A stretch of DNA of 63,651 nt, filler included, from Octopus bimaculoides (GCF_001194135.2; 5 parts of 5 records of this genome joined end to end with filler, not necessarily neighbours in it); one strand, 5' to 3'. Shown: positions 12,860 through 27,895, counted from the first letter of the whole stretch. Numbers and translations are program-made. The notes: generated from the sequence alone by a model not told the origin.

Positions 12860-13380
12860 ACCCTTTTATTTGTTGCAGTCTTCATTGGACTGCGGCCAAG
12901 CTGGAGCCCTGCCCTGGAAGCTTTGGCGAACAAATCGACCACGGTAATTATTTTGAAGTCAGTTATTTACATATACTATCAGTATATTTTGCCGAACAAC
13001 TATTTATACGGATGCAAACAAACCAGCACTCGTTGTCAAAAATTATGGTAGGGGACAAACAAGCACAAATACACATGTGTGTGTATTTAAGTATATATGT
13101 GTGTGTGTATCTAAGTATATATGTGTGTGTGTCTGTGAGTGTGTGTGTGTGTGTGTGTGTGCCTTCACTACCCTTGGCAACTGGTGTTAGTTTGTTTACG
13201 TTCTCAAAACTTGGCGGTTTGGCAAAAGAGACGGATAGACGAAGGATGAGGTTTCAAAAAAAAAAACAAACAATATAATATCGAGCCGCTAAGTTAGGGG
13301 GACGTAAACATACCAACACCGGTTGTCAAGCATTGATAGTTGTGGGATCAAACACAAACACAAAGGCAAACACACACACA
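12860..13380. mobile_element. Fragments of the SINE family B 3' module in both orientations
   Basis: gactgcggcc..gctggagc at 12887-12907 (-), ggcaaaagagac at about 13220 (+), and ccgctaagttagggggacgtaaaca at 13285-13330 (-). Confidence 0.65.
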
Positions 13381-13417
13381 CACACACACACATACCTACA
13401 TGCATGCATATAATGCA

Positions 13418-13450
<33 letters not shown>

Positions 13451-13521
13451 CTCTCTATATACATGTATGTATATATATATAATATATATATATATATATA
13501 ATATATAATATATAATATATA

Positions 13522-13586
<65 letters not shown>

Positions 13587-15209
13587 GCATACGTATACAC
13601 ACACACGCTCACACAGACACNNNNNNNNNNNNNNNNNNNNNNNNNNNNNNNNNNNNNNNNNNNNNNNNNNNNNNNNNNNNNNNNNNNNNNNNNNNNNNNN
13701 NNNNNNNNNNNNNNNNNNNNNNNNNNNNNNNNNNNNNNNNNNNNNNNNNNNNNNNNNNNNNNNNNNNNNNNNNNNNNNNNNNNNNNNNNNNNNNNNNNNN
13801 NNNNNNNNNNNNNNNNNNNNNNNNNNNNNNNNNNNNNNNNNNNNNNNNNNNNNNNNNNNNNNNNNNNNNNNNNNNNNNNNNNNNNNNNNNNNNNNNNNNN
13901 NNNNNNNNNNNNNNNNNNNNNNNNNNNNNNNNNNNNNNNNNNNNNNNNNNNNNNNNNNNNNNNNNNNNNNNNNNNNNNNNNNNNNNNNNNNNNNNNNNNN
14001 NNNNNNNNNNNNNNNNNNNNNNNNNNNNNNNNNNNNNNNNNNNNNNNNNNNNNNNNNNNNNNNNNNNNNNNNNGCTGGAGCACGTGTATGTATATATATA
14101 TCCTATATATATATTCTTTCAACACACGTATCCACATCAAGAATCTTGCACACGAAATACACATACGAAATATATATCCTAGTTTTGCTTTTATATGTGA
14201 TGGGTTTTTCATTGTATACCAGTTCTTTGTATGGACATGCAGCTCCCCACAGTTGTACAAATGAGCGAAACAGCGGGTAAAATTCGAGCTACCTTTTGAC
14301 AATTCACCTGAAGGGACCTGTCTGCACCTTTGATGCAGTATAATTGTTTGTACTGCATCTCACCTGCGAGGTACCGGCGAACGATGAGTCAAACTAATTG
14401 CAGCGAATAAAGAGTCTTGTGAATTTTAATTTCTATCTTGTATATTTTTATAAACTCTACGGACACAAAAGAATTCCTGCAGTAAGTCCAGTGGCAGATA
14501 TCTCCTCACTGTTGATGACATCAGGTAGCCGAATGTTGCGAAAAGGCTTTAAACAGCACACAACAAGGTGTATAGCCGAATATGAAGTTATTACTTGTAT
14601 GAATGTATGTAAACGCATTTTTGCACGCAGGAGTGATCGGACATGGATGAGTGACATCGTGATAAAACAACAGCAAGCCACCTCGCTCACCTACACCTGT
14701 AACTGGCAACTCCTGATCCATCCAACATAGGTGGCACCACGAGTATTTCCTGGAAACAACAACAACAACAAAACAAAAAACATTACCTCTTACCTTAAAG
14801 CAGGAATACCAGGTTTCCGTGAGAATAAGTCCAGTGTGCGTGTGTGTGTGTGTGTCTATATATATATATATATGCGTGTGTGTGTCGGATATACATATGT
14901 ATATATATATGTATATATATATATATGTGTGTGTATAAGAAAATGTTGTGTCTTGTATGTATTTGTCTGTCTGTCTGTCGTATAGGTATATATATATTTT
15001 GTGTATGGCCAACGCTCCTGAATGAAAGTAAATATTACGCGCGTTGTTTATACATAGATGTGTGCGGAAACATGTATGTATGTTTATTCATATAAATATG
15101 GTTGTTTATATGTGTGTCTGTATGTTTGCATATGTATGTGTATATATCCATATGTGTTCATGTGTATATAATATATATATACATATATTTTATTATATAT
15201 GTGTGTGCC

Positions 15210-15244
<35 letters not shown>

Positions 15245-15999
15245 GAAACCGTTTCTTATTTGTTTCCCTTTNNNNNNNNNNNNNNNNNNNNNNNNNNNNN
15301 NNNNNNNNNNNNNNNNNNNNNNNNNNNNNNNNNNNNNNNNNNNNNNNNNNNNNNNNNNNNNNNNNNNNNNNNNNNNNNNNNNNNNNNNNNNNNNNNNNNN
15401 NNNNNNNNNNNNNNNNNNNNNNNNNNNNNNNNNNNNNNNNNNNNNNNNNNNNNNNNNNNNNNNNNNNNNNNNNNNNNNNNNNNNNNNNNNNNNNNNNNNN
15501 NNNNNNNNNNNNNNNNNNNNNNNNNNNNNNNNNNNNNNNNNNNNNNNNNNNNNNNNNNNNNNNNNNNNNNNNNNNNNNNNNNNNNNNNNNNNNNNNNNNN
15601 NNNNNNNNNNNNNNNNNNNNNNNNNNNNNNNNNNNNNNNNNNNNNNNNNNNNNNNNNNNNNNNNNNNNNNNNNNNNNNNNNNNNNNNNNNNNNNNNNNNN
15701 NNNNNNNNNNNNNNNNNNNNNNNNNNNNNNNNNNNNNNNNNNNNNNNNNNNNNNNNNNNNNNNNNNNNNNNNNNNNNNNNNNNNNNNNNNNNNNNNNNNN
15801 NNNNNNNNNNNNNNNNNNNNNNNNNNNNNNNNNNNNNNNNNNNNNNNNNNNNNNNNNNNNNNNNNNNNNNNNNNNNNNNNNNNNNNNNNNNNNNNTTGTA
15901 CTTGCGTTGTTGTTGGCGATGGTGTTGATGGTGGTGTGTTTTTGTTGTTGGTGTTGTTGGTGTTGGTGGTGGTGGTGGTGGTGGCGATAGTGATTAAGA

Positions 16000-16200
16000 T
16001 AATGTTATTGTTCTTTAGCTACAGGCCAGCTCTCATCAGGCTCACCTATGATACAAAGATGTTCCGTCCGTGATCATCCCGCTAAATATATATTTCATGT
16101 GTATCTCGGATCCCATTATCCAGACTTGTTTTTACAAGACGATAGAATAGGAATCGAGAGATATTTGATTGTTATTTCTAGGAAGTCGAGTAACGACACA
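16000..16200 (-). mobile_element. Interspersed repeat family E (probable SINE)
   Basis: cctatgat...gttcc.gccgtga.c motif shared with 57220-57370 and 57860-57930. Confidence 0.45.
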
Positions 16201-16289
16201 AGAGGCCCCCTTCTCGTTGTCTTCGTTGTTGTTGTATAGCCCTCGGCCCAGCAGTCCTATAATACGCAGGTGGTCGACCGAATGAGGTG

Positions 16290-16600
16290 AGTCGTCCTCT
16301 GTACCCCGTGTGTCCCGGGTTTGACTTTAAACTGTCCCTTGTGGAACCATCTTTGGTCACTACTGTTCATAGGTCTACTCTCAGGGCCTCAGCTGTGGGT
16401 TAATTAACAATTAAGTTGGGTAAATGGAACACATCAGCCTGTGGTGTAGGGGTAACCCGTCTAGGTAAAGGAAAACTCGGACTACAAATCTCCGTTGCCA
16501 AGCAGGGGAGAGAACTCAGGAGTAAACCCTGGGGAAGATCGGTAATTGGGGTCCCCGAGGCTGTTCGGTGTTGCCTGCAGCCTCATTCTGCGACGATCTT
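16290..16600 (+). mobile_element. 5' region of an RTE-like LINE (degenerate)
   Basis: cccgtctagg..aaggaaaactc, ggagtaaaccct and gttgcctgcagcctcattctg match, from memory, RTE-clade 5' UTRs. Not searched. Confidence 0.45.
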
Positions 16601-16954
16601 GTTACCAATTTATAAATTTGATTATAAGATGACAGTCTGATGACAGTAAAAAGGGTTTGCTGTTATGTACATTTAAAAGTATTTTGACACTGTTCACGGA
16701 TTAAAATATTTGGGGGCTGACATAAACAATATTTTACGTAGGATATGGGCAGTTCCCATGAGCACTATTTTTTGATTATCTTCCATTTTGGGATTATCTG
16801 ATATCTGAGCTGGGTAGCAATCGGCCCCACCTGCTCGAGATATAAGCAGACTAACAAAAGCACTGAGCTTATCACCGTCCAGAGTCCGTACTTAACTGAC
16901 TTGTGGTCCCTTATAACCGCTCAGTCATTTTACAATTAAATATTCCTTTCTGAT

Positions 16955-17090
16955 GTAGGCACAAGGCCTGGATTTTTGTGGGAAGGAGAACAATCGATCA
17001 CATCGACCCCCAGTACTTGACTGGTACTTAATTTAATTTATCCACCCCGAAAGGATGAAAGGTAAATTTGAACTCAGAACGTAGCGACAC
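16955..17090 (-). mobile_element. SINE family A fragment
   Basis: ggcacaaggcctg tail and the cgatcacatcgaccccagtact..ctggtactt core. Confidence 0.8.
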
Positions 17091-17093
17091 ACG

Positions 17094-17127
<34 letters not shown>

Positions 17128-17128
17128 A

Positions 17129-17177
<49 letters not shown>

Positions 17178-17199
17178 TACAGATAGATGCATGTATAGA

Positions 17200-18300
<1,101 letters not shown>

Positions 18301-18760
18301 GGAGTTACATGTATGGATCNNNNNNNNNNNNNNNNNNNNNNNNNNNNNNNNNNNNNNNNNNNNNNNNNNNNNNNNNNNNNNNNNNNNNNNNNNNNNNNNN
18401 NNNNNNNNNNNNNNNNNNNNNNNNNNNNNNNNNNNNNNNNNNNNNNNNNNNNNNNNNNNNNNNNNNNNNNNNNNNNNNNNNNNNNNNNNNNNNNNNNNNN
18501 NNNNNNNNNNNNNNNNNNNNNNNNNNNNNNNNNNNNNNNNNNNNNNNNNNNNNNNNCACAACGGTCTTCTCACTCAAACACCCAACACATAAAGACGCAA
18601 AAGCACACTATTGTCTCAAAATGCACGCGCACACACACACACACACACGCACACACGCACACGTTTCACTCACGCACATACGTACCGACGCGCACACACA
18701 CACACACACACGCACATGCACACACTCACATATGTATACACTCATACATACACATAGTCG

Positions 18761-18791
<31 letters not shown>

Positions 18792-18885
18792 TATCAGCTG
18801 CTGCAGCAGCGACGACAACATCAACAACAATAATACTCAACATTCACCCTTGACATAAACACGTCCACGCAGTCAACACTTCCCT

Positions 18886-18945
<60 letters not shown>

Positions 18946-18949
18946 TTTT

Positions 18950-18985
<36 letters not shown>

Positions 18986-20082
18986 TTCTTTCTTTCTTTC
19001 TTTCNNNNNNNNNNNNNNNNNNNNNNNNNNNNNNNNNNNNNNNNNNNNNNNNNNNNNNNNNNNNNNNNNNNNNNNNNNNNNNNNNNNNNNNNNNNNNNNN
19101 NNNNNNNNNNNNNNNNNNNNNNNNNNNNNNNNNNNNNNNNNNNNNNNNNNNNNNNNNNNNNNNNNNNNNNNNNNNNNNNNNNNNNNNNNNNNNNNNNNNN
19201 NNNNNNNNNNNNNNNNNNNNNNNNNNNNNNNNNNNNNNNNNNNNNNNNNNNNNNNNNNNNNNNNNNNNNNNNNNNNNNNNNNNNNNNNNNNNNNNNNNNN
19301 NNNNNNNNNNNNNNNNNNNNNNNNNNNNNNNNNNNNNNNNNNNNNNNNNNNNNNNNNNNNNNNNNNNNNNNNNNNNNNNNNNNNNNNNNNNNNNNNNNNN
19401 NNNNNNNNNNNNNNNNNNNNNNNNNNNNNNNNNNNNNNNNNNNNNNNNNNNNNNNNNNNNNNNNNNNNNNNNNNNNNNNNNNNNNNNNNNNNNNNNNNNN
19501 NNNNNNNNNNNNNNNNNNNNNNNNNNNNNNNNNNNNNNNNNNNNNNNNNNNNNNNNNNNNNNNNNNNNNNNNNNNNNNNNNNNNNNNNNNNNNNNNNNNN
19601 NNNNNNNNNNNNNNNNNNNNNNNNNNNNNNNNNNNNNNNNNNNNNNNNNNNNNNNNNNNNNNNNNNNNNNNNNNNNNNNNNNNNNNNNNNNNNNNNNNNN
19701 NNNNNNNNNNNNNNNNNNNNNNNNNNNNNNNNNNNNNNNNNNNNNNNNNNNNNNNNNNNNNNNNNNNNNNNNNNNNNNNNNNNNNNNNNNNNNNNNNNNN
19801 NNNNNNNNNNNNNNNNNNNNNNNNNNNNNNNNNNNNNNNNNNNNNNNNNNNNNNNNNNNNNNNNNNNNNNNNNNNNNNNNNNNNNNNNNNNNNNNNNNNN
19901 NNNNNNNNNNNNNNNNNNNNNNNNNNNNNNNNNNNNNNNNNNNNNNNNNNNNNNNTTTCAGTTTCAAGATGTTGCTGTTGTTATTATTGTTCTTGTTGTT
20001 GTTATAACAGAAACTCATGTGCCTTTTAGTGTCACTGCTGCTGCTGCTACTGCGGCTACTACTACTACTACTACCACTACTG

Positions 20083-20128
<46 letters not shown>

Positions 20129-20212
20129 AGCCGCTGTCGTCGTTGTTGTTGTTGTTGTAGTTCTCACTCCTTCAAATGTTGTTGTTGTTGTTACTATTTT
20201 TAGTGTTGCGGA

Positions 20213-20246
<34 letters not shown>

Positions 20247-21454
20247 ATTCTTGTCTTACAAACACTGGATGTATTAGTGCTTTTGCTGTTGTTGTTGTTG
20301 CTTTCGACATCGTCCTATTAAAGATAACAGGGTCACTTAAGTTCGCGCCTCCCACCAGCGCCACCACCACCACCACCATCACCAACGCCGCCGCCATGAC
20401 TACGATGACGACGACGACGACGACGACGACGGCTACCACCACCAAGAACAACACCAACACCACCGTCACCGCCGTCGTTGCCGCCACCATCAACAGCAGC
20501 AGCACCACCACCACCACCGCATCAACCATCATCATCATCATCATCCGCATCACAGTCACCACCACCACCACTACTACTNNNNNNNNNNNNNNNNNNNNNN
20601 NNNNNNNNNNNNNNNNNNNNNNNNNNNNNNNNNNNNNNNNNNNNNNNNNNNNNNNNNNNNNNNNNNNNNNNNNNNNNNNNNNNNNNNNNNNNNNNNNNNN
20701 NNNNNNNNNNNNNNNNNNNNNNNNNNNNNNNNNNNNNNNNNNNNNNNNNNNNNNNNNNNNNNNNNNNNNNNNNNNNNNNNNNNNNNNNNNNNNNNNNNNN
20801 NNNNNNNNNNNNNNNNNNNNNNNNNNNNNNNNNNNNNNNNNNNNNNNNNNNNNNNNNNNNNNNNNNNNNNNNNNNNNNNNNNNNNNNNNNNNNNNNNNNN
20901 NNNNNNNNNNNNNNNNNNNNNNNNNNNNNNNACCACCCCCACCACCAGTACCACCACCACCACCACCACTAATAATAATAACACCAAGCGCACCATCGGC
21001 CATCCATCACTTCAGCTGTTGCTACAGCCTTGCCTCAGGGATGAAAGGGGTTCCTTGTTTTTTAGCCCAAATATAAAACTACACAGACCACAGCTAACCC
21101 CACAATACACTCCATTCCACGCCCCATCATCATCATCATCAGCAGCAGCATCCTCATCATCATCAGCATCATCATCACTTCCATTACAACCACTACAATC
21201 ATCATCATCATCCACCTCCATTGTCTCCTCCTCCTCATCATCATCATCAACCCCACTCCCTTGTTATCATCATCGTCATGCAGGGCCATTATTCTTCATT
21301 TTCCGAAAGAAAAATATAAAATATAAAAAAAAAAGTATATATATACGAAAAAGGAATTTAAATGTGGAAGGAGGAATTATGGCGCAATCAAGGAAGAATT
21401 GGAAATGCATTGTGGCGAGCGATGTATAACATCAACAACAACAACAATAATATA

Positions 21455-21600
21455 GCTGTTCGGCAAAAGAGCCCGACAGAATAAGTACCAGGCATTAAAA
21501 AAAAAAAAAGCTGCTGTCGATTCACTCGACTAAAAATTCTCCAAGGCAGTGCCCCAGCATGGCCGCAGTCAAATGACTGAAACAAGTAAAAGAATAAAAA
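21455..21600 (+). mobile_element. SINE family B 3' fragment
   Basis: gttcggcaaaagag..gacagaataagtacc...cccagcatggccgcagtcaaatgactgaaacaagtaaaaga. Confidence 0.85.
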
Positions 21601-22404
21601 ATTTTAAAAAAAAGGTTAAAGGAAACAGAATAAGAGAATACAAGAACGTCAGAATAAATGGAATAACAAAATTGTTATACAAGACTTCAAACCTAATTTC
21701 GACAACGAATGAAACTGACGTTGATTGNNNNNNNNNNNNNNNNNNNNNNNNNNNNNNNNNNNNNNNNNNNNNNNNNNNNNNNNNNNNNNNNNNNNNNNNN
21801 NNNNNNNNNNNNNNNNNNNNNNNNNNNNNNNNNNNNNNNNNNNNNNNNNNNNNNNNNNNNNNNNNNNNNNNNNNNNNNNNNNNNNNNNNNNNNNNNNNNN
21901 NNNNNNNNNNNNNNNNNNNNNNNNNNNNNNNNNNNNNNNATATGTTTATTTTTTTTTGTTTCGTTCAAACCGAGGTTATTTATTTTGTTTTAGAGAATCA
22001 TTTTAGCAAATATTGTATTGCATCGAGTCACTTCACACATGCAGGCACCGCACGCACACACACACACACACGCACGCACATACACACACACGCACACATA
22101 CACACACATTCACGCACAAACACATGCACGCACACACACACACACACACACATATATAAATAATTAGAAAATGGAGACAACCACAGATTGACCAACACAT
22201 CGGTTGGACCACATCTATAGCTCATTTATTAATACAAAGCATGACATAACAAAATAAGTGACATAACATATCTTACGGCCGTTACTGATCAGATTGCCAA
22301 AATTCAGTCTATACATTGCTCGAGGATAATACAGGTAACGGATACCGATAGCATTTACGGATATTGTTATCCCTTAGTCGGTTACTATAACCGCTAACTC
22401 AGTT

Positions 22405-22565
22405 TACATAGACATACATATGACGGGTTTACGCAGAATTTCCGTTTATCAAATTCATTTACAAGGCACCGGTCGGCTCTGGGTTATAGAGGAAGACACC
22501 GGCCCAACGTGCCGCACTGTGAGACTGAAACTGAAGCAACGTCTGCACAGCCTGCCATCACCCGA
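22405..22565 (-). mobile_element. SINE family B 5' fragment (degenerate)
   Basis: ttccgtttatcaaattca.ttacaaggc...gaagacac matches 9695-9770. Confidence 0.65.
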
Positions 22566-22860
22566 CCGCAAAGAGTCTTTTGAGGAAACGACTGCGTTGC
22601 AAGCAATCGGTCCAGGTGCCCACTTTGAAGATAATTTACTCCCTGACTCCCCCAGTCTCAGAAGGTCTGCGAAAAAAAATAGGGTCCGAAGTGCTGGTCA
22701 TTTATGGATTAAGTCGTGAAATATATTAGACATCAATGTTAAAATATATTAGATACTAAAATATATCAGACATCAATAAGATATTGTCCTGACTTGGGGC
22801 CTTAAACCCTTGATGGGATCGTAGGGTTGTCGTTATATATGATATGCGACGTACCTTGAA

Positions 22861-22999
22861 GATTTTTAGATCTGATGGTGCCTAAAAGTTTTCAGGTATT
22901 ACCCCAGCTGATGTTTTGTGCAGAAAGAGGATTTTTAGATCTGATAGTGCCTAAAAGTTTTTAGGTAATACCCCCAGCTGATGTTTAGTGCAGAAAGAG
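22861..22999. repeat. Tandem duplication, 2 x about 70 bp
   Basis: gatttttagatctgat(g/a)gtgcctaaaagtt...cagaaagag at 22861-22929 and 22930-22999. Confidence 0.95.
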
Positions 23000-23034
23000 A
23001 AAAAAACAACAAAACAGAACGACAGAGCAGCACT

Positions 23035-23182
23035 AACTCTAGTACAAAATGAATACTTCATTTATCAACTCCGAATGGGAAAAATATGAAGTTGATCTCA
23101 TCAGAATTTGAGCTCAAATAAAAGAGATGTAGAATAATAACTACAAAGCAAGTTATCCGACGTCATTAACGACTCTGCCAAG
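23035..23182 (-). mobile_element. Old SINE family A copy
   Basis: gaatttgagctc and ttaacgactctgccaag are still recognisable. Confidence 0.55.
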
Positions 23183-23872
23183 TGGATGCTTTCACTAACG
23201 CGTTACGAAAATATTTTGAAATTACTTAACAAGCAGACAGAGATTTCACTGTATTTACAATTTGCAGCTTGGGTCGAATTGTGTATTATTTGCGGTGACT
23301 TGTATATCCGCCATTTTAACAAGTCGGAGTCAAACAACAAAACTTGTACAATGTTCATGTTTTCGTTTGTTTGCTTTCAATGAAATATTACAAAAAATAT
23401 TAAAATATTTAAAATAACTTTGAATCACTTACTTGAGATGAAACTGTTTTCACGACGTGCAGTTGGGACCGAGTTGCGTGTTATAAGTTGCTACTTCTTA
23501 TAAGTTGCTGTCAAGAAATGCTCTACAAAGTTCGAGGTTTCAGTCGCGTCTGAATCGAGGAAATAACACAGTAAGGCTTCAGAAGGTTATTTTAAAAGTT
23601 CGCAGGATTTATGGCTTGTTTTTGATGAAGATATTTTTAGCAGCACAAAAGCTAAAAACGACACAACATCCAGTGAGAGGGTTCATACTACAGTCCAACA
23701 TTAGGGGGTGGATCAGACGTGATTCTCATCGGTCTGTGTTAATGATGCTGCTGGTGGTGGTGGTGATGATGATGTTGGTGGTCTTAACGGCTTTGTTGTT
23801 GATGGTTGTGATGGTAATGGTAGCAGTGGTGGTGGTGATGTGATTGTGTTGGTGTTGGTGTTCGAGTGGTGA

Positions 23873-23903
<31 letters not shown>

Positions 23904-24576
23904 AGTGGTGTTTGTTTTGGTGGTGGTATAGTACACAACCAGCCATCTTAATGGTAAGCAAAGGAATGGTAGGGGAAGAGACAAAATTTTTCCCCTTCCC
24001 TCCACATCATCTCCCCCCCCCCAAAGAAGCAAAAACAAAAAAGAAAACGAACTAAAATCGTAAGAAATGCATTAGGAGTGCCCCCATATAGTTAAGGAGT
24101 TCATATNNNNNNNNNNNNNNNNNNNNNNNNNNNNNNNNNNNNNNNNNNNNNNNNNNNNNNNNNNNNNNNNNNNNNNNNNNNNNNNNNNNNNNNNNNNNNN
24201 NNNNNNNNNNNNNNNNNNNNNNNNNNNNNNNNNNNNNNNNNNNNNNNNNNNNNNNNNNNNNNNNNNNNNNNNNNNNNNNNNNNNNNNNNNNNNNNNNNNN
24301 NNNNNNNNNNNNNNNNNNNNNNNNNNNNNNNNNNNNNNNNNNNNNNNNNNNNNNNNNNNNNNNNNNNNNNNNNNNNNNNNNNNNNNNNNNNNNNNNNNNN
24401 NNNNNNNNNNNNNNNNNNNNNNNNNNNNNNNNNNNNNNNNNNNNNNNNNNNNNNNNNNNNNNNNNNNNNNNNNNNNNNNNNNNNNNNNNNNNNNNNNNNN
24501 NNNNNNNNNNNNNNNNNNNNNNNNNNNNNNNNNNNNNNNNNNNNNNNNNNNNNNNNNNNNNNNNNNNNNNNNNNNN

Positions 24577-24610
<34 letters not shown>

Positions 24611-24917
24611 GTCGAATTAGATATAAGAAATACAAACGTAATTTCCTTTATACAATTTTGTTTACCGAAATCTTCAAAAGGAATCGCAACAACAGTCTTG
24701 GGACTCGGTAATTAGATTATGCTGAAGAAATAAGCGAATAAAAGAAGCAAAGAAAATAATTTTAAAAAGTATGTGGGGGGGGGGAGACAGAGATCTATTT
24801 ATAAGTCTTGGATAACAAACAAACATTTAAATATAGAGATAATCTGGGACCGGAAATGAATTCTGGGTCAGAACTTTCTAGAGAGATGGTGTTGCTGTTG
24901 GTGATATTAGTCTTGTT

Positions 24918-24965
<48 letters not shown>

Positions 24966-25107
24966 GATGCTGTTGTTTCTGCAGCTGCTATTCTTGTTCC
25001 GGTCGTTTTTGGCAATGATGATGATGATGATGATGATGATGACGACGAGGACAGCGAGGACGACGACGACGACAATGATGATAATGATGATGATGATGAT
25101 GACGACG

Positions 25108-25139
<32 letters not shown>

Positions 25140-25488
25140 GATGGTGATGATGAGGGTGGGGGGGTGACAACGACACCGATGACAACAGCGACGATGNNNN
25201 NNNNNNNNNNNNNNNNNNNNNNNNNNNNNNNNNNNNNNNNNNNNNNNNNNNNNNNNNNNNNNNNNNNNNNNNNNNNNNNNNNNNNNNNNNNNNNNNNNNN
25301 NNNNNNNNNNNNNNNNNNNNNNNNNNNNNNNNNNNNNNNNNNNNNNNNNNNNNNNNNNNNNNNNNNNNNNNNNNNNNNNNNNNNNNNNNNNNNNNNNNNN
25401 NNNNNNNNNNNNNNNNNNNNNNNNNNNNNNNACCACCACCACCACCATCACCACCACCACCACCGCCACCATCACCATCATCATCATC

Positions 25489-25520
<32 letters not shown>

Positions 25521-26109
25521 TATCATCATTGTTTTGAAGCTCGTGTAGGCCCATCCTCTCCCCTAATGTCAGCAACCGAAACATTGGCCTCTGCCAAACA
25601 TGTCACCAATGAAGACCTTGAAATTTCATAAATAAATAAATAAATAAATAAATCAGTGTAGCTTCCAAATTAAGAGGAAGCTAGGTATTCTTTGGGGTCA
25701 ATGTTTTTTCCTTCCGGAAACGAAGATTTAGAACGCGTTTCGACAGACTTACGCAGAAGGTTAATGATTGCTATTTTCTATTACTAATTAACTAATTGCT
25801 AATTGTACCGCCATTTGTTTTTGGTGTCAGTCTCAAAGAAATTCTCTGTCCAGACTTCTCAAAGATACTGGCAAATGTTCATTTCTTGTGTGACCATTGA
25901 AGTGTTCCTGTTGTTGATGTCGTTGTTGAGACGATGGTGGCGGTGTCGAGGGTGGTCCCTTCTCTAAGCAGTTGAGGTTCTTTCTGCAAGTATTCCACAG
26001 AAAGATTCCATTGGGTGAGGCTTGAAATGAAACGTTGTTTGAAGAAGGAAACCAAAAAGACGTCTTCCCAGCACGAGAATCAATAATAATAATAATAACA
26101 ACAACAACA

Positions 26110-26470
26110 ACAAGAGCACTTAGAGAGCGCAAACCTCCGCCAAGGCAACACCAATCTCCTCTCAACGATTAACCAGAGATGATTTCTTAAAATGAGAATA
26201 TCTGAAATAAACTCGATTGACCTCACAAACGAGAATACTAAAAACGAACCCGACCGCTATCAAAAATTAGATAAAAATACAGAAAAAATAATCCAGAATC
26301 CATGTCCGGTACCGGATCGATCCTAATCAGTTCGTGCCAGTCACGAGGCCAAATATTCCTGAAAGTTTCATCCGAATCCATCCAGCGGTTCTTGAGATAT
26401 CTTGTCCACAGACAAACAAACAAACACGACTGCAAACAATATCTCTGCCTTTGCTAAGGGGGAGGTAATA
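26110..26470 (+). mobile_element. Helentron-associated (HINE/DINE-1-like) non-autonomous element
   Basis: 5' subterminal acctccgccaagg (26133-26145), (acaa)n near the 3' end, and a degenerate 3' hairpin atctctgcctt-tgct-aagggggaggt (26441-26466). Family assignment is from memory. Confidence 0.55.
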
Positions 26471-27347
26471 ATATCCGTATTATTAAACCTAANNNNNNNN
26501 NNNNNNNNNNNNNNNNNNNNNNNNNNNNNNNNNNNNNNNNNNNNNNNNNNNNNNNNNNNNNNNNNNNNNNNNNNNNNNNNNNNNNNNNNNNNNNNNNNNN
26601 NNNNNNNNNNNNNNNNNNNNNNNNNNNNNNNNNNNNNNNNNNNNNNNNNNNNNNNNNNNNNNNNNTATATATATATATATATATATATATTTAATTATAT
26701 GTATTTCTTCTATCTTAATGAATAAAAATTCTTCGGATAGAATAAATGGGTTAATAGAAACCAATGTAGCAAAGAACACAAAATAACTGTGGTGTAGTTT
26801 CTGTTTTTAAGGCAGGAACTCCTTGAAGTTTTGGGTATTTGAGTGTATTTAAAAATTTAAGGAATGGAGAAGATGCATGTTATAATTGCATACTTTATTC
26901 CTGGCGGAATAGTGAAACGGTGTCAGGGCAAAGGTAGCCTCAACATCAACAAGAGAGAGGGGGAGGAAGAGAGAGAGAGATAGGGAAAGAATGAGGAAAG
27001 AAGAAGAAACGTGGAGGGGAGGAAAGCCAAGAGGTTAAGACGGAGAGAAGAAGAGAAAGACGGAAACGTGAGGGAGGGGAGAGGAAAAGAGAGAGGAATA
27101 GAAGAGAAAGGGTAAAAGAAGGAAAGAGCGGGAAAGAAAGGAGAAAGAGAGGGAGAGAGAGAGGAAGAAAGAAGAAAGACAGAAGGGAAGAAAAGGGGAA
27201 AAAATGAGAAGGAAAGAAAGCAAAGAGAAAGAAAAAATTAGAAACGAGAGAGAGAGAGAGGGAGATAGAAGAAAGACATTACAATGTGCGTGTGTGTGTG
27301 TGTGTATTAAATTCATATTATTATTCTTATAAATTTGTTAAGAAATA

Positions 27348-27552
27348 TTCCTTTCTGTTATAGGCACAAGGCCTCAAATTTAGTTGAATTGGGGCCAGTC
27401 GATTCGATCGTCCCCAGTACGCAACTGGTACTTAATTTTATCGACCCAAAGGAAAAACGGCAAAGTCAACCTCGGCGGAATTTGAACTCAGAATGTAAAG
27501 ACAGCAAAGCATTTCGCCCGACGTACTAACGTTTCTGCCAGCTCGCCGCCTT
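27348..27552 (-). mobile_element. SINE family A
   Basis: Near-complete head, core and tail in reverse orientation. Confidence 0.9.
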
Positions 27553-27599
27553 AGATTGTTTAGAAATAATGACACAACATTTACTGAGGTGGGACTTGA

Positions 27600-27895
27600 T
27601 GCTAAAAGCCAACAGCTAATTCAACAGATACTGGCTGAATAAAAACGGTTCCGGGGAAGTCGAAGTCCCAACAGTCTCGAATTTTACAATGCAAACATTG
27701 AAGGATCCCCCCTGACGTACGCATCAAAGGCATGCCAGCACCAGCAGGTATCCTCACCTTTAAAATCAAGGAATACTGGCGGAACACTCCGATTAAGAGA
27801 GCAATTCGGTGCAAACTCAACAGACCTGATGCTGTTCTGAGGGACAGGTAACAAAGGTCATGCAATGCTACAGAGGTCAGCTGACCATGTCTTTT
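27600..27895 (+). mobile_element. R4/Dong-like RLE endonuclease fragment
   Basis: KEYWRNTPIKRAIRCKLNRPDAVLRDR followed, after a frameshift, by CNATEVS*P. Homologous to 10050-10240. Confidence 0.7.

Noticed and set aside
14090-14400. Possible GIY-YIG remnant or small exon
   Set aside because: Only a few residues resemble the motif on either strand, and no consistent frame or partner exon was found.
25715-25765. Minus-strand gaaacgcgtt palindrome as a hammerhead
   Set aside because: The upstream core reads ctgcgta and there is no stem I.
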